DNA of 64,000 nucleotides from Octopus sinensis (GCF_006345805.1 NC_043002.1:111972001-112036000), one strand, 5' to 3'; positions 27,003 through 39,827 are shown, counted from the stretch's first letter. The notes: generated by a model from the letters alone, not told the origin. Made by a program: numbers and translations.

Positions 27003-28023
27003 TCTGCATAGGTTCTTGGAAAATGCTTATTATTAATGTCAGGAAGTTTCTAGCTGTTAGTAGAAACTTCTAGATTCAATACTGGATTTCAAACCCTCCA
27101 TTCTGTCTCCCTGCATCTGATGAGTTGGACGTGTCTTACGTGTCTTACGTGTTCCCGAAGTCGAGCGGAGATGAGTCAAACTGTTATTAAATACATGTAA
27201 CTCCAACCATATATGCTCAGTACTACTTTCTTTCGATTGATCATTATCTTGTGTCATGTGTTTCAGTCACTGGACTGTGACCATGGTGGGGTAAAGCCAT
27301 GATGGCTTTAGTTGATCAAATTTCCCCTAATACTCATTTTGAATCAGGTACTGAATCTACCGCTCCGTAATTACCGAACGGCTAGTTTACAGAAACGTAA
27401 ACAAACCAACTTCATAGTTTATTACAGGCATTATCAAAATATTGAAACGCAATTTCAATGTAGTGAGATATATTTTGATATATTTACATGTTTATTTACT
27501 CCGTTACTCTACCGTTTCTTTAGCGTTGTCCTTCGTTCGTCCAGCGTTTATAAAATAAAGCATTGGAGTCGATATACTAAATTATACATCCCACCAAATA
27601 TTCAAGCTTTTTACCTGCTTAGAAGTTAATATTAACATTGCTACCAATTTTGATATAGGCATAAAGCTAAAAATTCGAAGAGGGATACAGCCAAGAATAT
27701 GGAGTACCTGACAGGGGTTCATTTTGTCGTGCCTGCAATGAAGAAAAGTTGAGTTTAGCTGGGCAAGATTTGAACTCGGAGAGTAAAAACACCTACCAAA
27801 ATATTACATGCTCTGACACTGTCATGTCATTGAGAACAACTTTCATTTTATTCGAATTTCTATATACTTTTGTAAACTTTGTGAAGCTTTGTATGTGTGT
27901 GTGAAGTCTGATTATATGTCAACTTTGTCTGATTTTCACGGTTTACTTATAATCGTGTAGTAGAGGTGACAGTCCTGTTTTACAATTTGCAAATTGTAAA
28001 ACATAACAGTCACCACTACTGCA

Positions 28024-28068
28024 TGAACCTGAAGATTGCAGAGTTTAATGCATGAAAGTACTAGTTCA
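28024..28068 (+). ncRNA. Minimal type I hammerhead ribozyme motif
   Basis: UGAAC-CUGAAGA-uUGCA(loop)UGCAu-GAAA-GUAC-UA|GUUCA; 5-bp stem I, palindromic stem III AGUACU. Confidence 0.8.
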
Positions 28069-28215
28069 ATCAGAATGGATATTTACTATTCTATCATTTC
28101 ATTATACTATAGTATATTATATTATTATAAGATATTGAATAAAACGGGAAAACCAAAGTTGGAATTTCTTTGAGTAATATATTCTTCTATACGCAATCAT
28201 ACTCACCCGTGTATA

Positions 28216-28297
<82 letters not shown>

Positions 28298-28329
28298 TTT
28301 ATTTAAAGCAGCAGAAAATTCAACAAAAC

Positions 28330-28367
28330 CTGTTACTCTGAGTTTCACGTTGCCGTTCATCGGACAG
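28330..28367 (-). ncRNA. Type I hammerhead motif, C4 core variant
   Basis: CUGU-CCGAUGA-ACG(GCAA)CGU-GAAACUCAGAGUA|ACAG. Confidence 0.7.
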
Positions 28368-28459
28368 TTTTTGCTAGAATAGAACCGATATCGGTTCTAT
28401 TCCAGCAAAAACTGTCCGATGAACGGCAACGTGAAACTCCGGTCCTATTCTAGCAAAAA

Positions 28460-28497
28460 CTGTCCGATGAATGGCAACGTGAAACTCAGAGTAACAG
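28460..28497 (+). ncRNA. Type I hammerhead motif, C4 core variant (a truncated third copy lies at 28412-28439)
   Basis: CUGU-CCGAUGA-AUG(GCAA)CGU-GAAACUCAGAGUA|ACAG. Confidence 0.7.
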
Positions 28498-28598
28498 GTT
28501 TTGTTGAATTTTCTGCTGCTTTAAATAAAGCATATTACTCTACCACTGGTATTTGAGTACTCTTTTTCCACCTTGTTTCACATTTATGTGTTTACTCC

Positions 28599-28659
<61 letters not shown>

Positions 28660-28663
<4 letters not shown>

Positions 28664-28860
28664 ACATCCGTTCTGGCTGTCTGTGGGTGTGACTTCTAGG
28701 ATCTCGGGCATCCTCCATCCGATTGCGCTCAAATTTGATATGTAGGTACCGACAACACCAGGGCGTGTATAAGTCTTGAAATATTACAAAAATCGATTCC
28801 AGGTGAGAATGCGATCGATAAAGCCGTGCGAACGTGCATTTGTACGCGCAAGCACATCAG
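28660..28860 (+). mobile_element. Possible Helitron-like 5' fragment (second family)
   Basis: TATATAA...CTGTCTGT...CCGATTGCGCTCAAATTTG layout resembles the 5' end of the other Helitron family; no 3' end seen. Confidence 0.35.
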
Positions 28861-29155
28861 TCGGAATCCGTCTTTTGCTGGTGTCTCAAATTTAGGTTAA
28901 ATCAGTGTTTCTCAAAGGGGAGGCCTATGGGACGGTCGGACAAGCTGTTTTGAGAAAATTTGGTTTAAATGTTTGACAACTCAGCACCGTCCATTGGACG
29001 GGGGGCGTTTTGCTCGTAAATATATATATATACATACATATATATATATACAAAAAAAGGGCTCTCAACACATCTATTGGGAATTGCATGTATAAATCAA
29101 AACAGTTTGATTCAGAGTACCAAGGAGTCTAAATCAAACTGTTTTGATCTATATA

Positions 29156-29556
29156 TCTGTATATATAAAAGTGAGGTTTGTTGCTGTCTGTCTCCAACGA
29201 TTTAGATTCCTAACTACTCCCACATTTTGCGGTGCAGTTTAACCAAAACCGGGTATCTTATAGTCGTGATTCATATCGAGCCCTTCTGGGTATTAGCACG
29301 CGTCTACGATGAGTCTACGATTTTAAAAATAATTTACCATCATTTTTTCCATTTTGATGCATTTTTTCGCTATTATATAAGGGAAGTAACTCTCTAAAAA
29401 TGTCTACGATGTGTCAACGATTTAAAAAAAAAACTTACCATCATTTTTTTTCCATTTTTAATGCATTTTTTTGCTATTTTTTGGCTATAACTCTCTAAAA
29501 ATGCTTATATAGTTATTTCCCTTACAAACCCGAGCAACGCCGGGCGATACTGCTAG
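29156..29556 (+). mobile_element. Non-autonomous Helitron (subtype 1)
   Basis: A|TC...CCCGAGCAACGCCGGG...CTAG|T. Confidence 0.85.
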
Positions 29557-29663
29557 TGTATATATATATATAACACTAAATTGAATTTTTTATTTCATTT
29601 CAGTGATGGTCAAACTAGGACTGAACGGTAAATATGAGTTTACATTATATTTAACTGCATTTT

Positions 29664-29704
<41 letters not shown>

Positions 29705-29943
29705 CTGTACAGCAACATAGTACCACGAGATGTAATTGAATAAAAAGTGAGAGCTCAGTGAGAATCGCAACATCTTCTCAGGGCTATTATCGTTATAATC
29801 AGAGTACCAGTTTGATTTCTTGTTTTGGACTGAGTGGACCAAAAGAATATTTACAGTTATATATTTAACAGATGAGGAATTATATATATTATTTACATTA
29901 TTTACATTTGACGGCTATTTGTCTCCTCGTCTTGTTTGTTGTT

Positions 29944-29989
29944 AACACAACGTTTCGGCTGATACACCCTCCAGCCTTCATCAGGTGTC
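29944..29989 (-). ncRNA. Minimal type I hammerhead ribozyme motif
   Basis: GACAC-CUGAUGA-a-GGCUG(loop)CAGCC-GAAACGUU|GUGUU; palindromic AACGUU stem III (dimer type). Confidence 0.8.
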
Positions 29990-30048
29990 TTGGGGAAATT
30001 TCGAACCTGGGTTCTCGTTCCTAAGGTGTTTTTCATGTTATAATAATA

Positions 30049-30084
<36 letters not shown>

Positions 30085-30109
30085 GTTATTGTTATTAATA
30101 ATAATAATA

Positions 30110-30144
<35 letters not shown>

Positions 30145-30147
30145 GTT

Positions 30148-30204
<57 letters not shown>

Positions 30205-30257
30205 TATAACATCAAAAACACCTTAGGAATGAGAACCCAGGTTCGAAATTTCCCCAA

Positions 30258-30303
30258 GACACCTGATGAAGGCTGGAGGGTATATCAGCCGAATAGTTGT
30301 GTT
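30258..30303 (+). ncRNA. Hammerhead motif with mutated core (GAAUA)
   Basis: Inverted partner of 29944-29989 with GAAAC changed to GAAUA. Confidence 0.55.
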
Positions 30304-31081
30304 AACAACAAACAAGATGAGGAAACAAATATCCGTCAAATGTAAATAATGTAAATTAATATTTGTGTGTGTGTGCGCACGTGTGATTTTATGTGTGTGT
30401 ATGTGTCTGTGAAAATGCGTGGTCTAGTGGTTACTGTATTGTGTTCTCGATCGTGAGGTCTTGGATCCACTTCATTTCATGTCGTTCCAGTCTACCCAGC
30501 TGAGAGTTAGTGCTAGCCTAATGATTGATGCACCCCTCACCCTCCAGCTGTTACATCTATGATGTTACATTGCGTAAGGAATGGCAAGGCCGAGAGACTG
30601 TCTGTATCTACTCGCGGCTACATAGGCCACTGAAACAATTGGCGAAAGCATAGTACAAAGTACCAGGTAATACTCGCTTGCGAGTCAAGATTCTTTTTTA
30701 TAAGGATTTGTTGTAGCTGGGTTCTAACTTACTTAAATCAGATATTCATTTGAAGTCATCTCTTTAAAAGCTAAAAGTTTAAATGAGCAAATAACCCAAC
30801 TTGCATTTAAAAAATAGTAGCAAGTAGTCCTGAAATGTTACGGAGTCTTCGATGCGTAACCTAATCTCGCAAACCACTGGTTATAATTCTTCCCCAGGCC
30901 TTCACGTCAACTGGCTTTCACTTAAATAATTTTTGAAAATTCCTTCGCATTTTGGATACATTCACATATTGTCATGTTTCTAACAACATTTTTTATTGTT
31001 ATCACATTTTAAAGTTGTACATTGTCAAATATAGCGTGGAAACTTTAATACAATATATACTTTGGGAAACTTTTAACCATA

Positions 31082-31246
31082 TACGCAGGAGTGGCTGTGT
31101 GGTAAGTAGCTTGCTTACCAACCACATGGTTCCGGGTTCAGTCCCACTGCGTGGCACTTTGGGCAAGTCTCTTCTACTATAGCCTCGGGCCGCCGACCAA
31201 AGCCTTGTGAGTGGATTTGGCAGACGGAAACTGTAAGAAGCCCGTC

Positions 31247-31277
<31 letters not shown>

Positions 31278-31481
31278 CATTTGCGCGTCTGTGTTTGTCT
31301 CCCATCATCGCTTGACAACCGATGTTGATGTGTTTATGTCCCAATAACCTAGCAGTTCGGCAAAAGATACCGATAGAAAAAGTACTAGGCTTCCAAAGAA
31401 TAAGTTCTGGGGTTGATCTGTTCGACTAAAGGCAGTGCTACAGCATGGCCGCAGTCAAATGACTGGAAAAAAATAAAAGAA
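31082..31481 (+). mobile_element. SINE family B
   Basis: Full-length match. Confidence 0.88.
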
Positions 31482-31876
31482 TATATAATTTAGAGATTAA
31501 GAAGACGCTCTCTGACCGTGCTATAATGCAGAACTCCTCTGTAATAATATCTGCCACAGTACTAAATTTCAGTCGGTGTTGATTTATGTTATTGCTTTTA
31601 AACATTATTTTATAGGATTTATTTATATTTTTGTAGTTAAAGTATTATCATGTTGCTTCTTTTCGCCTTTTTTTATACATACCGGCTAAGACAATTTGAA
31701 AAGAGACGTCTATGTATATCCATTGTAATGTATATTATCGTACAGTCTTCAAGTTGCATGGTATTAATAATATTATATTTCACGCTGTTGATATACAACA
31801 GCCTCTTTAGGTTTATTCTGGAAGGAATGTTAACATATAATTAGGATTGTTTTTTGAAATTAGTAATAATTAATTA

Positions 31877-32132
31877 CCGTATTTGACGGCATATAGGACG
31901 CACTTTTTTCCAAAAAATTTGGCTCAAAAAATCGCCCTGCGTCTAATATGCGAAGTCAAGACCCTCCCGTAGGCTAATCTTCTCCCAGACGCTCACTAAC
32001 CTAGCTTACGATAAGTATTTCTACCTACGCTAACGCCTTAATGATATTTTCCGTACTCATGCATCATTATTTTATTGCTAGTATTATTATTATTATTATT
32101 ATTATTACCAGTATTATTACTTTAAAATATGA
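31877..32132 (+). mobile_element. TcMar (Tc2/pogo-like) end fragment, copy 2
   Basis: Near-identical to 22421-22680. Confidence 0.65.
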
Positions 32133-32304
32133 AGATGTTCCTTGTTTTGAAGATAATGATTGAATATACTTAAGTGTTTTGTATTTAACATTATGTTCAT
32201 TAATTTTGCACAGACACACACATACTCATGTAGAAACAAACAGAGATATGCATACACTCACATACTCCGTAACGTTGCCAAAAGACTGTATAGTTATCAA
32301 CATC

Positions 32305-35300
32305 TTTGCTCTACGGTGTCTAGCGCACTGTCAGAGATGTTTTTTTCTTTGGTACAGAGTTCGGAATAATGTTCCACCCATCTCTCCTGCTGCTCTCTTT
32401 TGTGTCTTGATAACCTCCCCTGTTCTGGATTTGAGTGAAGCCATCTTGCTCTGGGTTGGGCCGATGGGTTTCTTGATACCCTCATACATTCCACGAATGT
32501 TGACTGTGTCAAACGACAGTTGGATATCTGCACATAGTTGTAACCAGTAGGCATTTTCACACCAAATCACTGTCTTCTGAATGCTGTTCCTTGCTGATCT
32601 CAAGGCTTGCAGCGTTGCCCTGGAGGGTTGACGTTTATGCTTGAGCAAGACAGCACGCTTCTCCTCCATGGGGGTATTGAGTTCTTTCACATTCGACTCC
32701 AACCTGTCATGTGTCATTTTCCTCCTCCACCCAAAGGCCCCCAATGCAGTGCTATGAATGATGTTCCTGAGAGAGGCTGGCCATTGCCTTCTGGTGGGTC
32801 TGCAAGAAGGGTGTTTCCCAGTGTCTTGAGGAATTTAGCTGTCATAGTTGGTTGTTGGGTTGCGGTAGTATTGATGCGCTGCTTGCCTGGGGACTGGGCG
32901 CAGTGCATCATTTTTGGTTGGAGTTTGGAGCTTGAGATTATAGAAAACCAGGGAGTGGTCTGTGTTGCTGTCAGCGCTCTGAAAAGATCGAGTCAGGAGA
33001 ACATTCCTGAGGTGGTTGCGTCTTGTGATAATCAAACTTACATGTCATAGAGGAGCTGGACACACTGCCAACTGCTGAAGAACTGAGTAGAGCCTTTGAT
33101 GGCTTGCCCACTGGAAAAGCACTGGGTTTGGATGGCATACCACGAGAAATCATCAGATGTACAAGGAGAATTCTACTTAGCCACTTGCTGAAGCTACTGT
33201 GTCAGTGCTGGGAGGAAGGATCAGTACCGTAAGACATGAGATACTGCAACATTGTCCCCCAATATAAGAACAAAGGAGACAAAAGTGACAGCAATAACTA
33301 CCGAGACATCTCGCTGTTGAGCATCGTTGGGAAAGTCTTAGCTCGCGTGGCCCTAAATACGCTGCAGAAAATTGCTGAGAGGGTATACCAGAATCTCATT
33401 GTGGTTTCAGAGCAGAACGCTCCACCATCGACATGATCTTCTCTCTCCGACAACTCAAGTGCCGAGAGTAAAGACAACCACTCTTTATCACCTTTATCAA
33501 CCTCACAAAGGCGCTTGACCTAGTCAGTAGAAACGACCTGTTCAAAATACTTACCAGGATTGGTTGTCCGTCAATACTTCACAGGATGCTCAGTCATTTC
33601 ACACGGTTATAAAAGGCGTCGTTCAATCTGATGGCTCTTTTTCGGAGACATTTAACATACACAGCGGCGGCGTGAAATAGGGCTGTCCCCTTGCCCGACC
33701 CTATTTAGTATCTTTGTAGTCAAGCTGAAGCATGCATTTGGGGCATCAACTGATGGTGTTTACCTCAACGTTAGGTCAAGTGGCAAACTGTTTAGTCTGT
33801 CGAGGCTGAAAGCAAATCCACCCCAAGGTGTGCCAGGTACTCGTCAAAGAAATGCTGTTGGCAGACGATGCAGCACTGACCGCGCACTCTGAAGAGCAAA
33901 TAAGGCATCTCGTGGACAAACCCTCAAAGGCCTGTCAGGAATTGAGCCTGACTATCAGCCAAGAAATGACTCAAAGTGTCAAGCACGCCCCACCATCACC
34001 ATCAAAAACTACAAGCTGGAGGTAGTCCATCAACTCACCTATATCTGCTCTACCATTACTGATGACCTCTCATTTGACCCTGAGATCAACAGACGAAGTG
34101 GACAAGCATCCTCCATATTTGCCAGGATCATAAAGAGAGTCTGAGAAAGCAAAAGACAGGCTGCAAACAACAAAAGTGTTGTCTATAAGGCGTGCATCCT
34201 CAGTACGCTACTTTATTGCAGTTAGACGTGTAGCCTCTATTCTAGACAGGAGCGGCATCTCAAAGTGTCGAGTGAAATGCACGCCCGGCTACCAGCCGAA
34301 AGTTGAATCGATATGTAAACTGACATTCACACAAGCTCACGTCCTAAATTCATAACTTCCACAGCACACCTAGAATGTGTAAAAGCTTTAAACAGGTGCA
34401 TGCATGAAATGCTTAAGAGGTTTGTTTCTGAACCACATGGACTCAGGTTCGGTCTCACCACGCAGTATCTTGAACCAGTTTTTTGCTCTGTAGCTTCAAG
34501 CCTTGTAAGTGAAATTAGTTGACAGAAAACTGTACCGAAGCTCGTCATACATAGATAGGTGTGTGTGTGTGTGTACGTGCGTGCGTGTGTACGTGCGTGC
34601 GTGTGTGTGTGTGTGTGTGCGTGTGTGTGTGTGTGTGTGTGTGCACGTGTGTTTCTCTGTTTCTATGTCTGTCTTTGTAGTAACCCATTTGAAACAACAA
34701 AACAACTTTTATGCCATGAGGAACCTTTCCTTCTTCAATATGGCAATAAACTTAATTCCGTTTCACCTTTGCAATTTAAGACGCATCTTCGGCATCAAGT
34801 GGACCGACCACATCACCAACACTGAAGTCCTCAACCGAGCCAAGATACCCAGCATACACATCTTGATCCAGCAGCGTTATTTGCCCTGGCTCGGTCATGT
34901 TCATCGCATGCCAGACGGAAGGATCCCCAAAGACCTCCTGCATGGGGAATTAGCTACTGGCACAAGAGTACGAAGATGACATCATCTTCATTTCGAAGAT
35001 GTCTGTAAGAGGGATATGAAGTCGCTGGATTTGGACGTCCTGAGATGGGAGGAGGTTGCGAATGATCGCCCGCACTAAGAGACAAATGCTGCGAAAGGGA
35101 AGGAAGAGAGCAGAAGGAAAACACGTACTCGCCACCAAAGAAAAGCGCACTCGACGGAAGGAAAATCAGCAGCACCGACAGAGAGCTCCTTCAAATGCAG
35201 TCGCTGTATGCGGGACTGCCACTTCCGTGTGGGCCTGTACAGCCACAACAGACACTGCACCACCATCAGCAGCTGACCCGATTTCTTCGAGCGCAGATCC

Positions 35301-35335
35301 ATGGCCTCTCCAGACCGACGGATACCTACTACTAC
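32305..35335 (+). mobile_element. Decayed RTE-clade LINE with an inverted 5' part (32305-~33040 on the minus strand)
   Basis: RT motifs YKNKGDKSDSNNYRDISLLS, LLADDAAL, WLGHVHRMPDGRIPKDLLHGEL; APE end TDHSLV on minus; (CTA)n tail; TSD TATCAACATC; many stops and frameshifts. Confidence 0.9.
34266..34760 (+). mobile_element. Unclassified composite insertion within the RTE (short version of 42813-43544)
   Basis: Same TGTCGAGTGAAATGCACG start and AATAAACTTAATTCCG end as the 42813 copy; interrupts RTE coding sequence. Confidence 0.8.
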
Positions 35336-35400
35336 TATCAACATCGTACAACAAAGTACAATAAAATGAATTTGATTATGTCAGTTAAGTTTTATAATAA

Positions 35401-35791
35401 TCTTTATATATAAAAGTCAAGTTGTGTGTCTGTCTCCTACGATTTAGATTCCTAACTACTCCCACATTTTGCGGTGCAGTTTAACCAAAAGTGGGTATCT
35501 TATAGTCGTGATTCATATCGAGCCCTTCTGGGTAATAGCGCGCGTCTACGATGAGTCTACGATTTTAAAAATAATTTACCATCATTTTTTCCATTTTAAT
35601 GCATATTTTTTTAATATAAGGGAAGTAACTCCCTAAAAATGTCTACGATGAGTCAACAATTTTTTTTTTAAATTACCATAATTTTTTTCCATTTTTAATG
35701 TATTTTTTGCTACTTTTTGGCTATAACTCTCTAAAAATGCTTTAAACTTATTTCCCTTACAAACCCGAGCAACGCCGGGCGATACTGCTAG
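35401..35791 (+). mobile_element. Non-autonomous Helitron (subtype 1)
   Basis: A|TC...hairpin-CTAG|T. Confidence 0.85.
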
Positions 35792-36443
35792 TAAAACATA
35801 AATGTAAAGTGGTTTGAACAGAGGCTGGCAACGTTAGACCTTCTCTGCAATCGCAATATGCTTTTTTCTCTATTTCTGTACAAGTTGTTTCACAATGATA
35901 AAGTCGCCAATCTGTAGAAATTTCAAGAACACAGATACATTTTACCTGAGATAGATATGTTATCAGGGGAAACATTTATTATTGACGCACTAAGCCCTAT
36001 AAACTAAATTCACATCAGTCTACTTAAATTAACCCCCAACGAAGGACAACTGACACAAAAATATAGTAAAGATGGCGAGTGCGCAGGCTCAAAATGTTGT
36101 TGAGTAACTTAGTTGTAAAGCGTATAATCCTGTAGGTCGGTGAACTATTTGAAAGGAATTAGTTTTCAGGAAGTGCTTCTATAAGAATATTGAGAGAAAT
36201 TACTAAGTGAGAGATAATTATTATATCATCCGAATTATAAGTTGTATTCCGAACAAAATTATAAAAAGAATTGTGGAAAAGCGAAAAAAAAACACTCTTC
36301 ATAGTTCATAGAGAGAAGAAAAAAATCAACATAAAATCTTATGAAAGCTGTTTCAGTTTATCTACAGATCTACTTTACGTGAGAGGAGGAGAATATAGTA
36401 AAATATGTGATTTAACAGTTTATGAAAGATTGCTAAAGATTTC

Positions 36444-37299
36444 TTAAGCATTAATTATTCACGAGCATCCTAATAAGTCTTTGTCTTCGTTGGCAAATAT
36501 GAAAAAAATCGTTGGCGAGCTATAACTGCAACTAACATTAGATTCAGAAGAATATATTTGAGGAACACACATTTTTTTCCGCTAGGCACGAAAAGGTTTG
36601 AGATTATATATATATATATATATAATAATAATAAATATTAGGGAATAAATCCAAATTTACAGGGAAAAATCAGATTTAGGATTAAATCCAATTTTATAGT
36701 AAAATATTATATAATATAATTCGAGACAAACCACTATTTTGCAAAACAAACAAGGAAAGACTTAATCAATACATAAAAATTTTTAATATAAAGAAATAAA
36801 CCACCACTATGTAAAATTGCATCTACGAACATACGCATACATGAGTATCTAAACACAGCTTCAGACGTCATATATATAAAGTTAGTCCAAACATGAAAAC
36901 ACAAAGAGAAAACACAACAACAACGCGAGGACGTGGAACAAGTATAGTATTATTGGACGCTCAGGAAGGAAGGGAAGAAGGAGGATTTAATGGATTTGTG
37001 TGTTCCTCAAATATATTCTTCTGAATCTAATGTTAGTTGCAGTTATAGCTCGCCAACGATTTTTTTCATATTTGCCAACGAAGACAAAGACTTATTAGGA
37101 TGCTCGTGAATAATTAATGCTTAAATTAAAACAGATTAGGAGATCGAAAATCCACCTGACGAATGTCATTGAAGACATGAAACGATTGTAGTGGCGGTTT
37201 ATTTCTTTATATTAAAAATTTTTATGTATTGATTAAGTCTTTCCTTGTTTTTTTGCAAAATAGTGGTTTTGTCTCGAATTATATTATATATATATATAT

Positions 37300-37346
<47 letters not shown>

Positions 37347-37360
37347 ACATACACACATGC

Positions 37361-37439
<79 letters not shown>

Positions 37440-37804
37440 CTAAACGCGAACCGGTCTTTCTTCTAAACTATGTCTTGTAAGAAAAAAAATTATATTGACT
37501 TAAATATATATTCTTTAACCTTTTAAAACAAGCCTTCTGTAGTTTTTTCACTTTTTACTATTTTCTATATATTCAACCACGTGCTTTCACAAACCAACTT
37601 TCTTATCTATATATATATATATATCCTCCGTTAAATCCTCCTTCTTTCTTTCCTTTCCTGAGCGTCCAATAGCACTATACTTGTTCCACGTCCTCGCGTT
37701 GTTGTTGTGTTTTCTCTTTGTGTTTTCATGTTTGGACTAACTTTATATATATGACGACTGAAGCTGTGTTTAGATACTCATGTATGCGTATGTTCGTAGA
37801 TGCA
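36444..37804. repeat. Three interleaved inverted-repeat pairs with Penelope-like end fragments
   Basis: A 36444-36571/36998-37124; B 36708-36808/37189-37290; C 36817-36990/37631-37804. Confidence 0.9.
37152..37194 (+). ncRNA. Minimal type I hammerhead ribozyme motif
   Basis: CCAC-CUGACGA-AUGUC(AUUGAA)GACAU-GAAAC(GAUU)GUA|GUGG. Confidence 0.82.
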
Positions 37805-38039
37805 AACTTATGAACAACGGAACACGCGCATACTTTATATATTTCAACGTGCAAGCCCCACCACACACACACACACAAATATATATGTTTGTGTGGTGGG
37901 GTCAGCTTTTGTGTGGCTGTTCGCGTTACAATTTTTGACCCTCATTTTTAGCGATTGCAGGTGCAATTTTGCACCGTCATTTATTAATTTTACCTTTTAG
38001 GTTTTAAATGCTATAGCCACCTATATCATAATATACTCT

Positions 38040-38442
38040 CTCTTTTTACTCTTTTACTTGTTTCAGTCATTTGACTGCGGCCATGCTGGAGCACCGCCTT
38101 TAGTCGAGCAACTCGACACCGGGACTTATTCTTTTGTAAGCCCAGTACTTATTCTATCGGTCTCTTTTGCCGAACCGCTAAGTAACGGGGACATAAACAC
38201 ACCAGCATCGGCTGTCAAGCAATGCTAGGGGGACAAACACAGACACACAAACACAGACACGCATACATATATATACATATATACGACGGGTTTCTTTCAG
38301 TTTCCGTCTACCAAATCCACTCACAAGGCTTTGGTCGGCCCGAGGCTATAGTAGAAGACACTTTCCCAAGGTGCCACGCAGTGGGACTGAACCCGGAACC
38401 ATGTGGTTGGTAAGCAAGCTACTTACCACACAGCCACGCCTA
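38040..38442 (-). mobile_element. SINE family B
   Basis: Near full-length match. Confidence 0.9.
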
Positions 38443-38972
38443 TATTTAATATATCTTAATATATTAATATGCTATTATATCTTATTGTGTGTATGTGTGT
38501 GTGCGTGTGTTTCATATCAGCCGTATAACAACTTTTGGATGTCTCCCAACGGCAACCCAAACCCGACTTAACAAAAATTATAACCCCTCAAAAATTCTCT
38601 ATCAAGGAATTAATTAACCTAGGAACCTGTACTATCGTAAGCAAGTAAAACAAATTTATCAGAACAGTAACAACGAACAGATTCATTAAGATGAAAACAA
38701 ATATATGTTTAAATATATCCAGAGGAACTTCCGTCGCCTGATACTTATCGGGAATCAACGCAGTTTCGGCGCTATGAGGTAGTATGGCTTATACTAACGG
38801 AAACGAACGCCTAAGAAAATATAGTCTAACATTGTTCGAGAAGATAGAAGCAAAATTCTTGGACCTGAGATACAAATCATAAACGTATAAATCTTGAACA
38901 CGACATAAAATACGAAATAAAACATAAATAATAATCACTACAAAATCGACTTATAGAAATTGTATACTAATA

Positions 38973-39371
38973 TCTTTATATATAAAAGTGAGGTTGTGTG
39001 CTGTCTGTCTCCTACGATTTAGATTCCTAACTACTCCCACATTTTGCGGTGCAGTTTAACCAAAACCGGGTATCTTATAGTCGTGATTCATATCGAGCCC
39101 TTCTGGGTATTAGCACGCGTCTACGATGAGTCTACGATTTAAAAAAAAAAATTACCATCAATTTTTCCCATTTTTAATGCATTTTTGGCATATATAAGGG
39201 AAGTAACTCTCTAAAAATTTATTATTAAATCTCAGAACGTAAAAAGCTACAGTAACACCCTCCCTCTTTGTGGTTAGCCGTATTGAGATGGCTATTATAC
39301 TTTACATCTCTAAAAATGCTTATATAGTTATTTCCCTTACAAACCCGAGCAACGCCGGGCGATACTGCTAG
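38973..39371 (+). mobile_element. Non-autonomous Helitron (subtype 2)
   Basis: A|TC...hairpin-CTAG|T. Confidence 0.85.
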
Positions 39372-39739
39372 TAATAAATAAAACATAAGAAACATAGTAT
39401 GACAAAGCACGTAAATCGCAGACTAAAATATAAAAGTAGAACTAAAACTTACAAAGAAAATTGATAAAACCCTAACCATCCGTTCATTTGAAGGAACGAA
39501 ATTTGTAAGCTTTGTATGATGAATGTATTGTTTGATGTGTATACGTATGTATGCTTGTGTGTGTGTGTGCGTGTGTGTGTGTGTGTGTGTGTTTGTTTGT
39601 GTGTGTGTGTTTTTTGTGTGTGTGTGTGTGTGTGTGCACGTGTGTGTGTGCACGTGTGCGTGCGTGTATATGTATTTGTGTGTGTATGTGTATGTGTGTT
39701 TGCAGGTGTGCGTATATATACATGAGGTATAAAGATATA

Positions 39740-39806
<67 letters not shown>

Positions 39807-39827
39807 TTGTATACCTATATATATATA

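Larger units (their letters stand above)
29852..30357. mobile_element. Fold-back Penelope-like terminal repeat pair around (TTA)n/(TAA)n
   Basis: About 150-bp arms (29889-30040 and 30205-30357) in inverted orientation, each with a hammerhead motif; same family at 42063-42640. Confidence 0.75.

Noticed and set aside
28295-28530. CRISPR-like repeated palindromic units
   Set aside because: Eukaryotic context, no regular repeat-spacer array and no cas genes; explained as PLE-like terminal repeats
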